From an uncultured Verrucomicrobiae bacterium (GTDB taxonomy: Bacteria; Verrucomicrobiota; Verrucomicrobiia; Chthoniobacterales; Chthoniobacteraceae): 64,000 bases of DNA. The position numbers and the translations under genes were made by a program. The stretch covers positions 512,001 through 576,000 of the forward strand of contig CAVYKI010000006.1 in NCBI GenBank assembly GCA_963769025.1. The letters are read 5' to 3'. Of this stretch, positions 50,473 to 60,684 are shown piece by piece. The notes under the pieces are model-generated. The model had not been told where the DNA came from, did not search any database, and saw nothing but the letters and a program-made list of their open reading frames with translations. Positions within the stretch are counted from its first letter, which is position 1. Every line of letters starts with the position of its first letter.

Positions 50473-51366
50473 ATGACGAGTGCCAAATTTGGAATCCCGG
50501 AGCTCCGCGGGCGCCGCTGGCTGCTCTGCCTGCTGATGCTTGCTTCATTCACGATTCCGCGTCCGTCATTCGCCCAGACGGGCGTCCGTCTCCAGCTTGT
50601 CTCCGAACAAACTGCCATCGTTCCGGGAAAACCGTTCACCGTCGGCCTCTGGCTTCAGCATGAGCGCGGATACCACACCTACTGGCGCGTTCCCGGCATT
50701 GTCGGCGTTCCGACACAGTTGAAGTGGAAGCTGCCGCCCGGCTGGCAGGCTGGGGAACTCGTTTACCCCGAGCCGGAGCGAACGCTCATGTTTCAGATCA
50801 AGGCGCAGGGATTCGATCGCGACGTCATGTTGCGCACCGAGATCCTGCCGCCTGCGGACCTGAAGCCGGGCGAACGCATTACGCTTGCTGCCACGGCATC
50901 GTTCATGGCCTGCGGCAGGTCGTGTCACCCTGGAGCGAAGGAAATCAGCCTCACGCTGCCAGTCGCCTCGACGGCCGGGCTGAAAGAGAAATGGCACAAG
51001 CTCCTGAATGAAGAGCGTGCCCGCGCGGAACAGCCGAGCGACGCGTGGGTCTCCACCGCCAGCGAGAATGGCGGCGTCTTCACACTTTCGCTGAAACCCG
51101 TTTCCCGCAACGCACGCCCCAGCAAGGACCAACGCGAGGCCGAGAGCATCGTCTGCTTTACCGAGGACGGCCGTTTCGACACCGACAAACCGCAAACCAT
51201 CAAGCGCCACGATGACGGCAGCCTGACCATCACGCTCATGAAACCGGATGCCGACTCCGCCGGCGTGGCGCCCAAAACTTTGCGCGTCATCGTTCGCAAC
51301 AACAGCGGCTGGCTCCGCGGCGGCCGGCTGCGCTGCCTGCAGATTGCGCCGAAGCTTGCGCGCTGA
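50473..51366 (+). CDS. Stand-alone DsbD N-terminal (Ig-like) domain protein
   Basis: GYHTYW..PGIVG.PT...W.LP.GW and ACGRSCHPG motifs; no TM or Trx domain. Confidence 0.8.
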   Translation: MTSAKFGIPELRGRRWLLCLLMLASFTIPRPSFAQTGVRLQLVSEQTAIVPGKPFTVGLWLQHERGYHTYWRVPGIVGVPTQLKWKLPPGWQAGELVYPEPERTLMFQIKAQGFDRDVMLRTEILPPADLKPGERITLAATASFMACGRSCHPGAKEISLTLPVASTAGLKEKWHKLLNEERARAEQPSDAWVSTASENGGVFTLSLKPVSRNARPSKDQREAESIVCFTEDGRFDTDKPQTIKRHDDGSLTITLMKPDADSAGVAPKTLRVIVRNNSGWLRGGRLRCLQIAPKLAR

Positions 51367-51541
51367 TCGCGGAATCGTGGCGGTGGGTTCGAAAGGCGCC
51401 GCGATTGTTGCAGAGGCGGAGAGGTTGCACGGTATGGCCGATCCGTTCAAAGTTCCGCGCTCCTCCACCATCGCATCCGGGAACACATTGCCGAAAAAGC
51501 GCGGCGACTGGAACCTGCGGGCGTCCAACCTCCAGACCAAC

Positions 51542-52993
51542 ATGAAAGCATTTCTCGCAATCCTCCTTTGCACCCTCTCGGCAGCGCAGCTCCGTGCGGC
51601 CGGAACGAAGCCGAACATCATCTTCGTGATGGCCGACGACATGGGCTGGGGGCAGACCGGCTATCGCGGACATCCCGTGCTGAAGACGCCCAATCTCGAT
51701 GCGATGGCGGCGAACGGACTCCGCCTCGATCGATTTTACGCGGGCGCGCCGGTGTGTTCGCCGACTCGCGCGAGTGTGCTCACGGGCCGCTCGAATGACC
51801 GCGCGGGCGTCCTCACACACGGCTATGCGCTGCGCCTGCAGGAAAAGACGATCGGCCAGGCCTTGCGAGATGCGGGCTACGTGACGGGGCATTTCGGAAA
51901 ATGGCACCTCGATGGGTTCAAGGGCCCGGGCGCGCCGATTTTCGCCAGCGATCCGCGCAGTCCCGGTGCGTTCGGTTTTGACGAATGGGTATCGGTGACG
52001 AACTTTTTCGATCAGAACCCGCTGATGTCGCGAAAGGGGAAGTTCGAGGAGTTCACCGGCGACTCGTCGGACGTTGCGGTCGCGGAGGCGCTCAAGTTCA
52101 TCGAAGGTCATCGTGCGGGGGAAAAGCCGATGTTCGTCGTCATCTGGTACGGCACGCCGCACAGTCCCTTCAGGGCGCTCGAGGCGGACAAGGCTGCGTT
52201 CGGCGCGCTGAACAAGCCCTCGCAGGAGCACTACGGCGAGCTCGTCGCCCTCGACCGCAGTGTGGGCGCGCTGCGGGGAAAACTGCGCGACCTCGGCATC
52301 GCCGACAACACGCTGATCGTCTTCAACAGCGATAACGGCGGGCTGCCGGGCATCACACCGGAAACGGTGGGTGGCTTGCGCGGATTCAAGGCCTCGATCT
52401 ACGAAGGCGGACTGCGGGTGCCGGGAATCATCGAGTGGCCTGCGGTCATCAAGACGCCGCGCGTGACGAATTATCCCGCGAGCACGATGGACCTGTTCCC
52501 CACCGTCGTGGACATTCTCGGCCTGCCGCAAGACGTGATGGTCCAGCCGGTGGACGGCTCCAGCCTGCGCCCGCTTTTCACCGGTGAAATCGGCGAGCGC
52601 CGCAAGCCGATTCCGTTTCGCTTCCACGCGAAGGCCGCCCTCGTGGACAACCGGTACAAATTGCTCACCGACGATTTGAAGAAGGGAAGCTTTGCGCTTT
52701 ATGACCTCGAAGCCGACCCGAAGGAATCGCGCGACGTCACCGCCGAGCAGCCCGGGGTCGCGGCGCGCATGAAGAAGGAATTGCTCGCGTGGAATGAAAG
52801 CGTGGAGGCGAGCTTCGCCGGCAAGGACTATCCCGAGGGCAAAGTCACGCCGCCGGATCCCGCTTCGATCGCGTGGACCACGCATCCCGGCTACCAGCCG
52901 TACCTCGCGGAGTGGGGGAAGCGGTGGGAATACGAGTCGGCCATCAAAGCCGTGAGCAAAGCCTCGAAGGCTGGCGCGAAAAAGGACGACTAG
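51542..52993 (+). CDS. Sulfatase (S1, arylsulfatase-like)
   Basis: PNIIFVMADD, CSPTRAS, GKWHL, SDNG and YEGGLRVP motifs. Confidence 0.94.
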   Translation: MKAFLAILLCTLSAAQLRAAGTKPNIIFVMADDMGWGQTGYRGHPVLKTPNLDAMAANGLRLDRFYAGAPVCSPTRASVLTGRSNDRAGVLTHGYALRLQEKTIGQALRDAGYVTGHFGKWHLDGFKGPGAPIFASDPRSPGAFGFDEWVSVTNFFDQNPLMSRKGKFEEFTGDSSDVAVAEALKFIEGHRAGEKPMFVVIWYGTPHSPFRALEADKAAFGALNKPSQEHYGELVALDRSVGALRGKLRDLGIADNTLIVFNSDNGGLPGITPETVGGLRGFKASIYEGGLRVPGIIEWPAVIKTPRVTNYPASTMDLFPTVVDILGLPQDVMVQPVDGSSLRPLFTGEIGERRKPIPFRFHAKAALVDNRYKLLTDDLKKGSFALYDLEADPKESRDVTAEQPGVAARMKKELLAWNESVEASFAGKDYPEGKVTPPDPASIAWTTHPGYQPYLAEWGKRWEYESAIKAVSKASKAGAKKDD

Positions 52994-53151
52994 CGCGCGC
53001 ATTGAATGAACGTAATGCTCCGCCTCACCGCCCGAATCTGGGCTGCACGCGATGCCGAAGCAAAGGGCGATGTCATCTCCATGTTCATCCGCTTCAGCCT
53101 CGAAGCCGGCCTCGCTCCTCAAGACTCGAAACCAACCAAACCCCAAATCCC

Positions 53152-54748
53152 ATGAAGCACATCCTCATCCCTCTCGTCCTCGCCCCGCTGGCGGGCCTGC
53201 TCGCCGCGGACACGCCGGCGACCAAGCCCAACATCCTCTTCATCTTTTCCGACGACCACGCGCAGCACGCCATCTCCGCGTACGGATCGAAGGTGAACAA
53301 GACGCCGAACATCGATCGTCTCGCGACGGGCGGCGCGCGGTTCACGAATTCGTTCGTCACCAATTCCATCTGCACGCCGAGCCGCGCGACGCTGCTCACC
53401 GGGCAGTACTCGCATCTCAACGGCGTGCCGGTTTTCAATCGCTTCGACGGCGCGCGCGACAATGTCGCCAAGCAGCTGCAGGCGGGCGGATATCACACCG
53501 GCATGATCGGAAAATGGCACCTCGGCTCCGATCCCACGGGCTTCGATCGCTGGATCATTCTCCCCGGCCAGGGGGCGTATTGGAACCCCGTGTTCCTCGT
53601 CCCCGGTCGCAAGCTCACCATCGAGGGCCACTGCACCGACATCACGACGGACCTCGGCATCGAGTTCCTGAGAACACGTCCGCAGGACAAGCCGTTCTTT
53701 CTCATGCTGCATCAAAAGGCGCCGCACCGCGCGTGGGAGCCCGACGAGCGGAACAAGGCGCTCTTCAAGGACAAGGTCATCCCCGAGCCCGACACGCTGT
53801 GGGACGATTACGCCACGCGCCCCACGGCGTTGCCGACGAATGAACAGACCGTCGCGCGCGACCTCACGCGCCGTGATTTGAAGCTCCAGCCGCCCGCCGA
53901 TTTGAAAGGCCCTGCGCTGCAAAAGTGGATGAATCAAAAGCCCGACGGAACTCACCGTCGACGGCAAGACCCTCACCGGGAAGGAACTCATCAAATGGAA
54001 ATACCAGCGCTACATGCAGGACTATCTCGCCTGCGTGCAGGGCGTGGATGACGGCGTGGGCAAGGTCCTCGACTACCTCGACCAGACCGGCCTCGCGAAA
54101 AACACCATCGTCTTTTACTCCGCCGACAATGGCTGGTATCTCGGCGACCTCGGCCTCTACGACAAGCGCTTCATGTACGAGCCCGGCCTGAAGGTCCCGC
54201 TCCTCGCGCGCGGCCCCGGCATCAAGGCCGGCGGCACGCCCGAGCAATTTGTCGCCAACATCGATCTCGCGCCGACTTTCCTCGATCTCGCCGGGCTGCC
54301 GGTTCCGGATTCCATGCAGGGCCGCTCGCTCGCTCCGTTGCTGCGCGGCGAATCGCCCGCCGACTGGCGCACTTCGGTGTACTACCGCTACTACCACGAC
54401 CCCGGCCACCACAACACCGCCGCGCAGCTCGGCGTCCGCACCGCCACGCACAAGCTGATCTATTATTGGAAAAAGGACGCGTATGAGATGTTCGACCTCA
54501 CCAAGGATCCGACCGAGCAGCACAATCTCCTCTACGACGCGAAGGATGCGAAGCAGCCCGAAGTCGCCGCAAAATTTGCCGAACTGAAGGCTGAAATCAC
54601 ACGCCTGCAGAAAGAGTACAAGGACGACGGCCAATATGCCGATCCGACGACCTGGCCAAAGGGGGGCGCCGACGGTCCTTTTGACGCCTACAAGCCCGGC
54701 GGCACGAAGACTGTCGCCGAGGCCATCGCAGACACGGGTGCAAAATAG
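53152..54748 (+). CDS. Sulfatase (N-acetylglucosamine-6-sulfatase-like); +1 frameshift near 53942
   Basis: FSDDH, CTPSRA, GKWHL, HQKAPH; second frame YQRYMQDYL...DNG...DKRFMYE. Confidence 0.92.
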
Positions 54749-54882
54749 AGCGCTGCGCCTTCCTGCGTGCCAGGGCGCCATGGACGCGAAGCCGGCGAGA
54801 GTAAGCGCGCGACATTCAGATGCGCGTCGATCGGGAACGTGCGCCTCCGAACCAGCCGCCCCGTTTGCCGGCGGTGGTCGTA

Positions 54883-56286
54883 CTACTGCTTCCTCTTGCC
54901 TTGCTTCACCGGTTGCTGCGGGGTGCCAGCCGGTTCGGGAGTGCGCCCCTGATCGTCCACGTCGATGCTCCATTGGTCGAGCACCGCACGGAGCCGTTTC
55001 AGCTCCCGATGCGCCTCGGGTTTGTCGGACGTGGCGAGGTTGTGGATTTGATGCGGGTCCGCCTCCATGTCGTAGAGTTCCTCTTCCGGCATCGTCGGCT
55101 GGCAGAGGAATTCCTGCGGCGGCGTGAGCTTGCCTTCCGCGTGCAGCTTCTTGAGGAGATTCCAGACGGGATACTGCGTCTCCTTGTAGTTGTTCGCCGC
55201 TAGGAACGGAATTTCCGGGTGGAAATTTCGGATGTAGCGGTAGCGCGCGTCGCGCACGGAACGCAGCCGCATTACAGTCGTGTCGCAGCGGTCGCGCGTG
55301 CCGAAGACGTATTCGCGCGGGGCCTCGGTGAGGTCCCCGAGGAAGATGCGGCCCTGCATTTGCGGCGGCTTTTGCGCACCGGCGATGGCGAGCATCGTCG
55401 GCGCGAGATCGATGCCATCAATGAACCGCCCGTCCACCGAGCCAGGCTTGAAGTTCTTCGGCGCGGGGAAGTTTTTCGGCCAGCGGATGATCATCGGCAC
55501 GATGAATCCCTCCTCGTAGCAGAACTGCTTCGCCCGGGCCATGGACGCACCGTTGTCGCCGAAATAGACGACGACCGTGTTGTCGGCCAGCCCGTCCGCT
55601 TCGAGTTGCGTGAGCAGCAGGCCCATCTTGCGATCGAACTCCGTCGCCGAATCGAGGTACGCGGCCCAGTCCTTCCGCACGATCGGATCGTCCGGGTAGT
55701 ACGGCGGCAGCACCACCTTGGCGGGGTCCGCCTTCGCAGGGGCGTTGTAAATGCGGTGCGTCTCCTTGCAGTTGAGCTGCGCGAAGAACGGCTGATGCGA
55801 TTTCAACTCGTCCCATTTCCCTTTCGGACTATCGAAAGGCACGTCGCCCGGGATGAAGTTCCAGTCCGTCTTGCCCGCGCCTTTGAAACCCCAGCTCTGC
55901 GGCAGCTCGGTGAGATTGGACGTGAAGTATCCCGCGTCGCGCATCCAGCCGGTGAGCAGCCGCACGCCCTCGGGGAGCGGCTTCTTGTTCACCGTGCGGT
56001 GATTGTGCGCGCCGATGCTCACCGCGTACATCCCGGTCATGAAGGAGCTGCGGCTCACCGAGCACACCATGCCCAGATAGGTGTGCGAATAATACACGCC
56101 ATCCTTCGCCAGCTTATCGAGCACCGGCGTCGAGGCCTGCGGCGTGCCCGAGCGGCTCAGCACCTCCGGGCCGGTGTCCTCGGAAATCAGCCAGAGGATG
56201 TTCGGTTTCGCCGGGGTGCCGGATTGTGCGCCGGCGAATGCAGCGGTGAAGATGAGGGCGAGGGTGGCGAAGAGGGGCGTTTTCAT
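54883..56286 (-). CDS. Sulfatase (sulfamidase-like)
   Basis: NILWLISED, CSVSRS, GKTDWN, PPYYPD, GDNG, RDRCD and YIRNF motifs. Confidence 0.92.
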   Translation of the reverse strand: MKTPLFATLALIFTAAFAGAQSGTPAKPNILWLISEDTGPEVLSRSGTPQASTPVLDKLAKDGVYYSHTYLGMVCSVSRSSFMTGMYAVSIGAHNHRTVNKKPLPEGVRLLTGWMRDAGYFTSNLTELPQSWGFKGAGKTDWNFIPGDVPFDSPKGKWDELKSHQPFFAQLNCKETHRIYNAPAKADPAKVVLPPYYPDDPIVRKDWAAYLDSATEFDRKMGLLLTQLEADGLADNTVVVYFGDNGASMARAKQFCYEEGFIVPMIIRWPKNFPAPKNFKPGSVDGRFIDGIDLAPTMLAIAGAQKPPQMQGRIFLGDLTEAPREYVFGTRDRCDTTVMRLRSVRDARYRYIRNFHPEIPFLAANNYKETQYPVWNLLKKLHAEGKLTPPQEFLCQPTMPEEELYDMEADPHQIHNLATSDKPEAHRELKRLRAVLDQWSIDVDDQGRTPEPAGTPQQPVKQGKRKQ

Positions 56287-56406
56287 GGGTTTTGGGGGAC
56301 AAATGTCCGGCCGGTGGAGTTGGTAAACTGTTGCAATGGAAGAGGCGACAGGACACGGAACTTCCGCATTGGATTCAGATGAGGAGACTGCGTGATGTGT
56401 GGGCGG

Positions 56407-57978
56407 TTATTCTTTCACCGGCGGAAGTGTGGTCACCATCTTCGCCCCGGTGCGTTTCAGCTCCGCGATCGCTCCGGCGCGGAGTTTTCGCACGATCGCA
56501 TGCGTGTGCGGGATCGGTGGCGAGATTGGTCAGCTCCTCCGGGTCGGCGAGGAGGTCGTAGAGTTCCTCGGGTTCGTTGGGCTCGAGGGTGCGGATGTAT
56601 TTGTGGCGGCCTTCGGCGAGCATCACATACCACGGGATGCCAGTCTTGTGCCGGTTGCCCGGGCGGCGCGGGCACGGCGTCGCAGTCGGCACCAAACTTG
56701 TCGGCCGTGAAGGGAAGCATCGTGGTGTGTGGCCAGACGGCGTCGGGATTCCTTAGTAAAGGCGTGAGGTCGTGACCATGCATCGGCCAGGGCAGATTCG
56801 AGACCTGCGAAGCCGAAGAATGTGGGCGGCAGATCGGCGCCACCGACGGGCGTGCGGCAGACTTTGCCCTCCGGTAGCGTGCCGGGCATGGAGATGATCA
56901 GCGGCGATCGGATATTGGCGTCGTAGGGCGCGAGCTTCGCGCGAAAGCCATGCTGACCCCAAGCGTAGCCTTGGTCGGAGGTGAGGACCACGAGCGTGTT
57001 CGCGAGCTGGCCGCTCTCCTCGAGCGCGGCGAGGACCTTGCCGATGCCTTCGTCCAACGAGCGGACGGCCTGATGATACTGCCGCGACCATGACGACAGC
57101 GAGCGGCCTTGGTCGCGTCCGATGTTGTCCCCGACCTCCTTGCCGAGCGCGTCGGCGCTCAGCACGGGCTCGCCCCCGGGACCGCGGTCCCACGCGGCGA
57201 CCTTCTGCATGTAGCCGGGCTTGCCTGCGCGCGGCGGGTAGATGTCCGCAGGTGTGGAGACGGTGGCGTCGGGGTAGTCGTTGAGATGCCGGTCCGCCGG
57301 CGTGTAGGGCGCGTGGACGCCGCCGAAACAGAGCCACAGGTACCACGGTTTCGCGGCATCGCGGTTCTTGCCTTTGATGTAGTCCACGGCCCAGCCCGTG
57401 TAGTTGTCGGTGGAGTAGCCGGGCACCACCTTTGGCTCCGCGCCGTCGAAGGAAAGGAGCTGGTCGTAATAATAGTTCGGCGAGTTGGCGGGATACTTTG
57501 GCCGGTTCCAGACGATCTGGTGATCCCAGTCGCGGCCGAATCCCGCATCGGTCCCGGAGTGCCACTTGCCGATGTGTGCCGTGTGGTAGCCGTTTTTGCG
57601 GAAAATGGCGGGCCAGAACGGGCACTGCGCGGAATCATATTCGCTTCCGGGATACTCGCCCTCCATGCGCATCGTCCTCGCGCCGTATTGATGCAGCCCG
57701 GTGAGCATCGTCACGCGCGATGGCATGCACCACGTGCCGATGTAAGCGTGGGTAAATCGCACGCCGCGCGAGGCGAGACGGTCCATGTTCGGCGTCTTCG
57801 CCCACGACTCCGCGTGCTCGTAGCAGGAGAGCGTGCGGTAGGAATGGTCGTCGGTGTAGAGGAAAAGGATGTTGGGCCGGGGGCGCGGCGTGTCCCCGGC
57901 TGCCGTGGACGCCACGCCGAGGATGCCCAGCAGCAAGGTGGCGACGAGGGCGAGGGTGGGGGTTCGTTTTGTCGTCAT
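56407..57978 (-). CDS. Sulfatase; three +1 frameshifts (~56797, ~56659, ~56500)
   Basis: PNILFLYTDDH, CMPSR, GKWH, SDQG; continuation LPWPMHGHDL / EELYDLLADPEELTNLA / KLRAGAIAELKRT...KE* across three frames. Confidence 0.88.
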
Positions 57979-57984
57979 GAGTTC

Positions 57985-58125
57985 CTATTCTTCGCGGACG
58001 AGCGGGATGGAGATGACCGCCGCGATGGTCTCGACGACGCGGTAGTCGTTCGGGGCGATCTTCGCGAGAATTTTGTTCGCTTCCGATCCCTCATCGACGC
58101 CGGCTTCGAAGCGTTTGCCGGATTT
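57985..58125 (-). pseudogene. Probable 3' gene remnant upstream of the sulfatase
   Basis: GKRFEAGVDEGSEANKILAKIAPNDYRVVETIAAVISIPLVREE* with host-like codons, stop just before the sulfatase start, no convincing start. Confidence 0.4.
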
Positions 58126-58206
58126 CCTTCGGCCGTGAAGTTGAGGCGCGCAGCGCATTCCAAAGTACGCCGTTGCAGTGGGAGTGAACGGTGGCGACAT
58201 TTCCAC

Positions 58207-58521
58207 ATGAACACGCAACGCAACATTCGGGTCGCGCTTGGTGCGCTGACCCTTGCCATCACCTGCGTCGCTGCAAGGGCCGACGAAGCCACCGGCGGAT
58301 CGCAATTGGTCCAGCCCGGCTTCGACCGGCTGATACCGACAAGCTACCCGCTGATTCAACCGGACTTCGCGAAGCTCAAGGTTACGACGCGGCCGTCGCA
58401 ATTGATCCAGCCGAGTTTCGAGGAGCTTATACCGACGAGTCATCCGGTTGTCCGGCCGGACCGCTCGAAGTTCCAACCGATCACCTATCCGGTGAATGCT
58501 GCTGCGGTGCCTTTGCCTTAA
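58207..58521 (+). CDS. Small secreted tandem-repeat protein of unknown function
   Basis: Signal peptide ending ARA; four ~16-aa repeats of the form [LV][IV][QR]P.F..L..T. Confidence 0.7.
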   Translation: MNTQRNIRVALGALTLAITCVAARADEATGGSQLVQPGFDRLIPTSYPLIQPDFAKLKVTTRPSQLIQPSFEELIPTSHPVVRPDRSKFQPITYPVNAAAVPLP

Positions 58522-58715
58522 CCGCCGATAAATCTCCGAACTCGATCAGGAATCCGCACGTTCAGGCAGTTCGAACGCCGTTGTCCGGCGCTGTGGACGG
58601 TTTCAGTCGCGAGGGAACCGAGGGCTCTCGGAAGCTAAAGCAGACGCCCACAGCAAGGCGGAGGCGACGCGGGCGACATGGGCGAGTTGGGTGACGCGGT
58701 GGTCGGGCAAGTGCG

Positions 58716-58766
58716 CGTGAAGTTAAAAATTCACGAAACGTTACACCCGCGCGGCAATGCTGACGC
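58716..58766 (+). promoter_or_regulatory. Inverted repeat plus weak sigma54-like motif upstream of DUF1328
   Basis: CGTGAA-N8-TTCACG (58716-58735); CGGCAATGCTGACGC (GG-N10-GC, 58752-58766). Confidence 0.4.
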
Positions 58767-58812
58767 GATTCAGGAGGGAAACAGCACCGCAACCTTCCAC
58801 CAAATCAACATC

Positions 58813-58980
58813 ATGCTATCCTGGACCCTCACCTTCCTCGTCATTGCACTCATCGCCGCCATCCTTGGATTTGGCGTGCTCGCCGGGACCGCCGTTTACA
58901 TCGCGAAGGTTATCTTCGTGCTCTTCCTGGTGATGTTCGTCATCTCGCTCATCATGGGGCGCAGAGTGCCTCGCGCCTAG
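58813..58980 (+). CDS. DUF1328 (YtjA/UPF0391) small membrane protein
   Basis: [35 protein letters not shown]. Confidence 0.92.
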   Translation: MLSWTLTFLVIALIAAILGFGVLAGTAVYIAKVIFVLFLVMFVISLIMGRRVPRA

Positions 58981-59029
58981 GTCGCGGCTGCCACGGAATG
59001 GTCCGGATCCGTTGGCCCGACGCCGCGGA

Positions 59030-59692
59030 TCAGGCGATGGGGAAGACGAGCCTCGTGATCAGTTCCATCGGTTCCGGAGCGAAGCGCCGCTGCACGTCGC
59101 CGTCATCCGCCGCGATGGTGCGTTGTGCCATCCAGAGGCCGATTCCGTAATGTCCGTGGCGCATGGATGCAAAGGGCGCGCGGCCCCACTCGGAGGCGTC
59201 GAGGGGAGCGTCCTTCGGTTCGCGCAGTTCGAAAATGAGCCGTTGATTCTCCACCCGTGCCGCGGCGTGCAACGGCGCGCCGGTGCCGAATGCCTGCGCG
59301 TTGGCGAGCAGCTCGCGGAACACGGTGGCCAGCGCAGTGGCATCCAGATTCACCTGCTCTGTGCCAGGAGGCTCGCTCCACTGCACGGACGGCGCGGGGC
59401 TGAGCGTGGCGAGTTGATCCTGCCAGATGAGGAATAGCTCGCGCGCGGGGTAGGGGGCCCGGGTCGGCTTCGGGTCGGCGAACTTTGTGGCGAGCGCACG
59501 CAGGTCCGCGGCGAGGCGGCGGATCTGCGCTCGGATGCGTGCAACCGCGTCCGTGGCTTCTCCGGGTGGGACGAGTTCGGTGAGCAGCGCGGCTTCCAGA
59601 TCGAGCCCGTTCAGATCATTGCGCACGTCATGGGTATGTTGGCGGATGAACTTCGCGAGGTCCGGCCAATTCAAATCGGGTGGAGCATGCAT
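59030..59692 (-). CDS. Sensorless histidine-kinase-like protein (HisKA + degenerate HATPase)
   Basis: H-box HDVRNDL, N-box RELLANA, PF...GHYGIGL; no DxGxG box. Confidence 0.75.
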   Translation of the reverse strand: MHAPPDLNWPDLAKFIRQHTHDVRNDLNGLDLEAALLTELVPPGEATDAVARIRAQIRRLAADLRALATKFADPKPTRAPYPARELFLIWQDQLATLSPAPSVQWSEPPGTEQVNLDATALATVFRELLANAQAFGTGAPLHAAARVENQRLIFELREPKDAPLDASEWGRAPFASMRHGHYGIGLWMAQRTIAADDGDVQRRFAPEPMELITRLVFPIA

Positions 59693-59742
59693 CTCCTCAT
59701 GATACGTGCATCCGCGGTGTTTGGCTGCCCCGATTCCAAGGC

Positions 59743-59907
59743 ATGACAATCACCACCATCCTCCTCGTCATTCTGATCCTCATGCTTATCGGTTCGCTGC
59801 CCACATGGCCGCACAGCGCCAAGTGGGGCTACGGCCCGAGCGGTGGCCTTGGGACGATCCTCCTGATCCTGATCGTCCTCTACTTGTTGGGAGTCATTCC
59901 GAGGTAG
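59743..59907 (+). CDS. DUF3309 small membrane protein
   Basis: LPTWPHSAKWGYGPSGGLG. Confidence 0.92.
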   Translation: MTITTILLVILILMLIGSLPTWPHSAKWGYGPSGGLGTILLILIVLYLLGVIPR

Positions 59908-60019
59908 GCTCCGTCCGGTGTTTGCCGAAACGGAAAGAGTGTCGGACGGCTGACATAAGTGTCGCGAATGACGACATTCCAAACGACCGAGCGCGGCAGC
60001 CAACAGGGTAGAATGCGCG

Positions 60020-60035
60020 TGGCACGCGGAAAGCA
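60020..60035 (+). promoter_or_regulatory. Putative sigma54 promoter of the ECF sigma gene
   Basis: TGGCACGCGGAAAGCA (GG-N10-GC), 12 nt before ATG 60048. Confidence 0.55.
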
Positions 60036-60047
60036 AAGGAAAGGGCC

Positions 60048-60681
60048 ATGCACTACCCATCCGACACCCAGAGCATCCCAAACCGCCCCGCCTGCGCCGT
60101 GGACGGGCCGACGGACGAAGAACTCATGAAGCGCATCCAAGCTGCGCGACGACAGGGCCATCGCCCTTCTTTATCGCCGGTATACGCCACTTCTAAGGAC
60201 CATCATCGGCCGCATCCTGAACAATGATTGCGATGTGGACGACCAGATCCAGGAGACCTTCCTCGAAGTGTGGCGGCAGGCCGCGCACTACGATGAGGCA
60301 AAAGGCAAAGCTCTCGGCTGGATCGTGACGCTGGCGCGCCGCCGGGCAATCGACAGGTTGCGCAAGAAGCGGACATATTTCCGCGCGCACGAACGGCTCC
60401 GTGAGGAGCCCGAACCGGGGATGCACCCCGGCGCCGACGAGGAAGCGGCTGCCAGCGACACCGCGCACCTCTTTGCAAAGGTGATCGGGACGCTGCCCGC
60501 GGCACAGCGCGATGCGTTGACTTTTACGTTCTACGCCGGGCTCAGCCAGCGCGAGATCGCCGCGCAGACGGGCATCCCGCTCGGCACGATCAAGACGCGG
60601 CTCGAACTCGCCATCCGCAAGATGCGCACCGCGCTTTGCGCCCTCGGTGGCAAGGGCCAGTGGACCTTCTCCCAGTCGTAA
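60048..60681 (+). CDS. ECF sigma-70 factor (SigK-like); +1 frameshift near 60140
   Basis: TDEELMKRIQ, then AIALLYRRY...QETFLEVW...WIVTLARRRAIDRLR...GLSQREIA...PLGTIKTR. Confidence 0.88.
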
Positions 60682-60684
60682 ACC

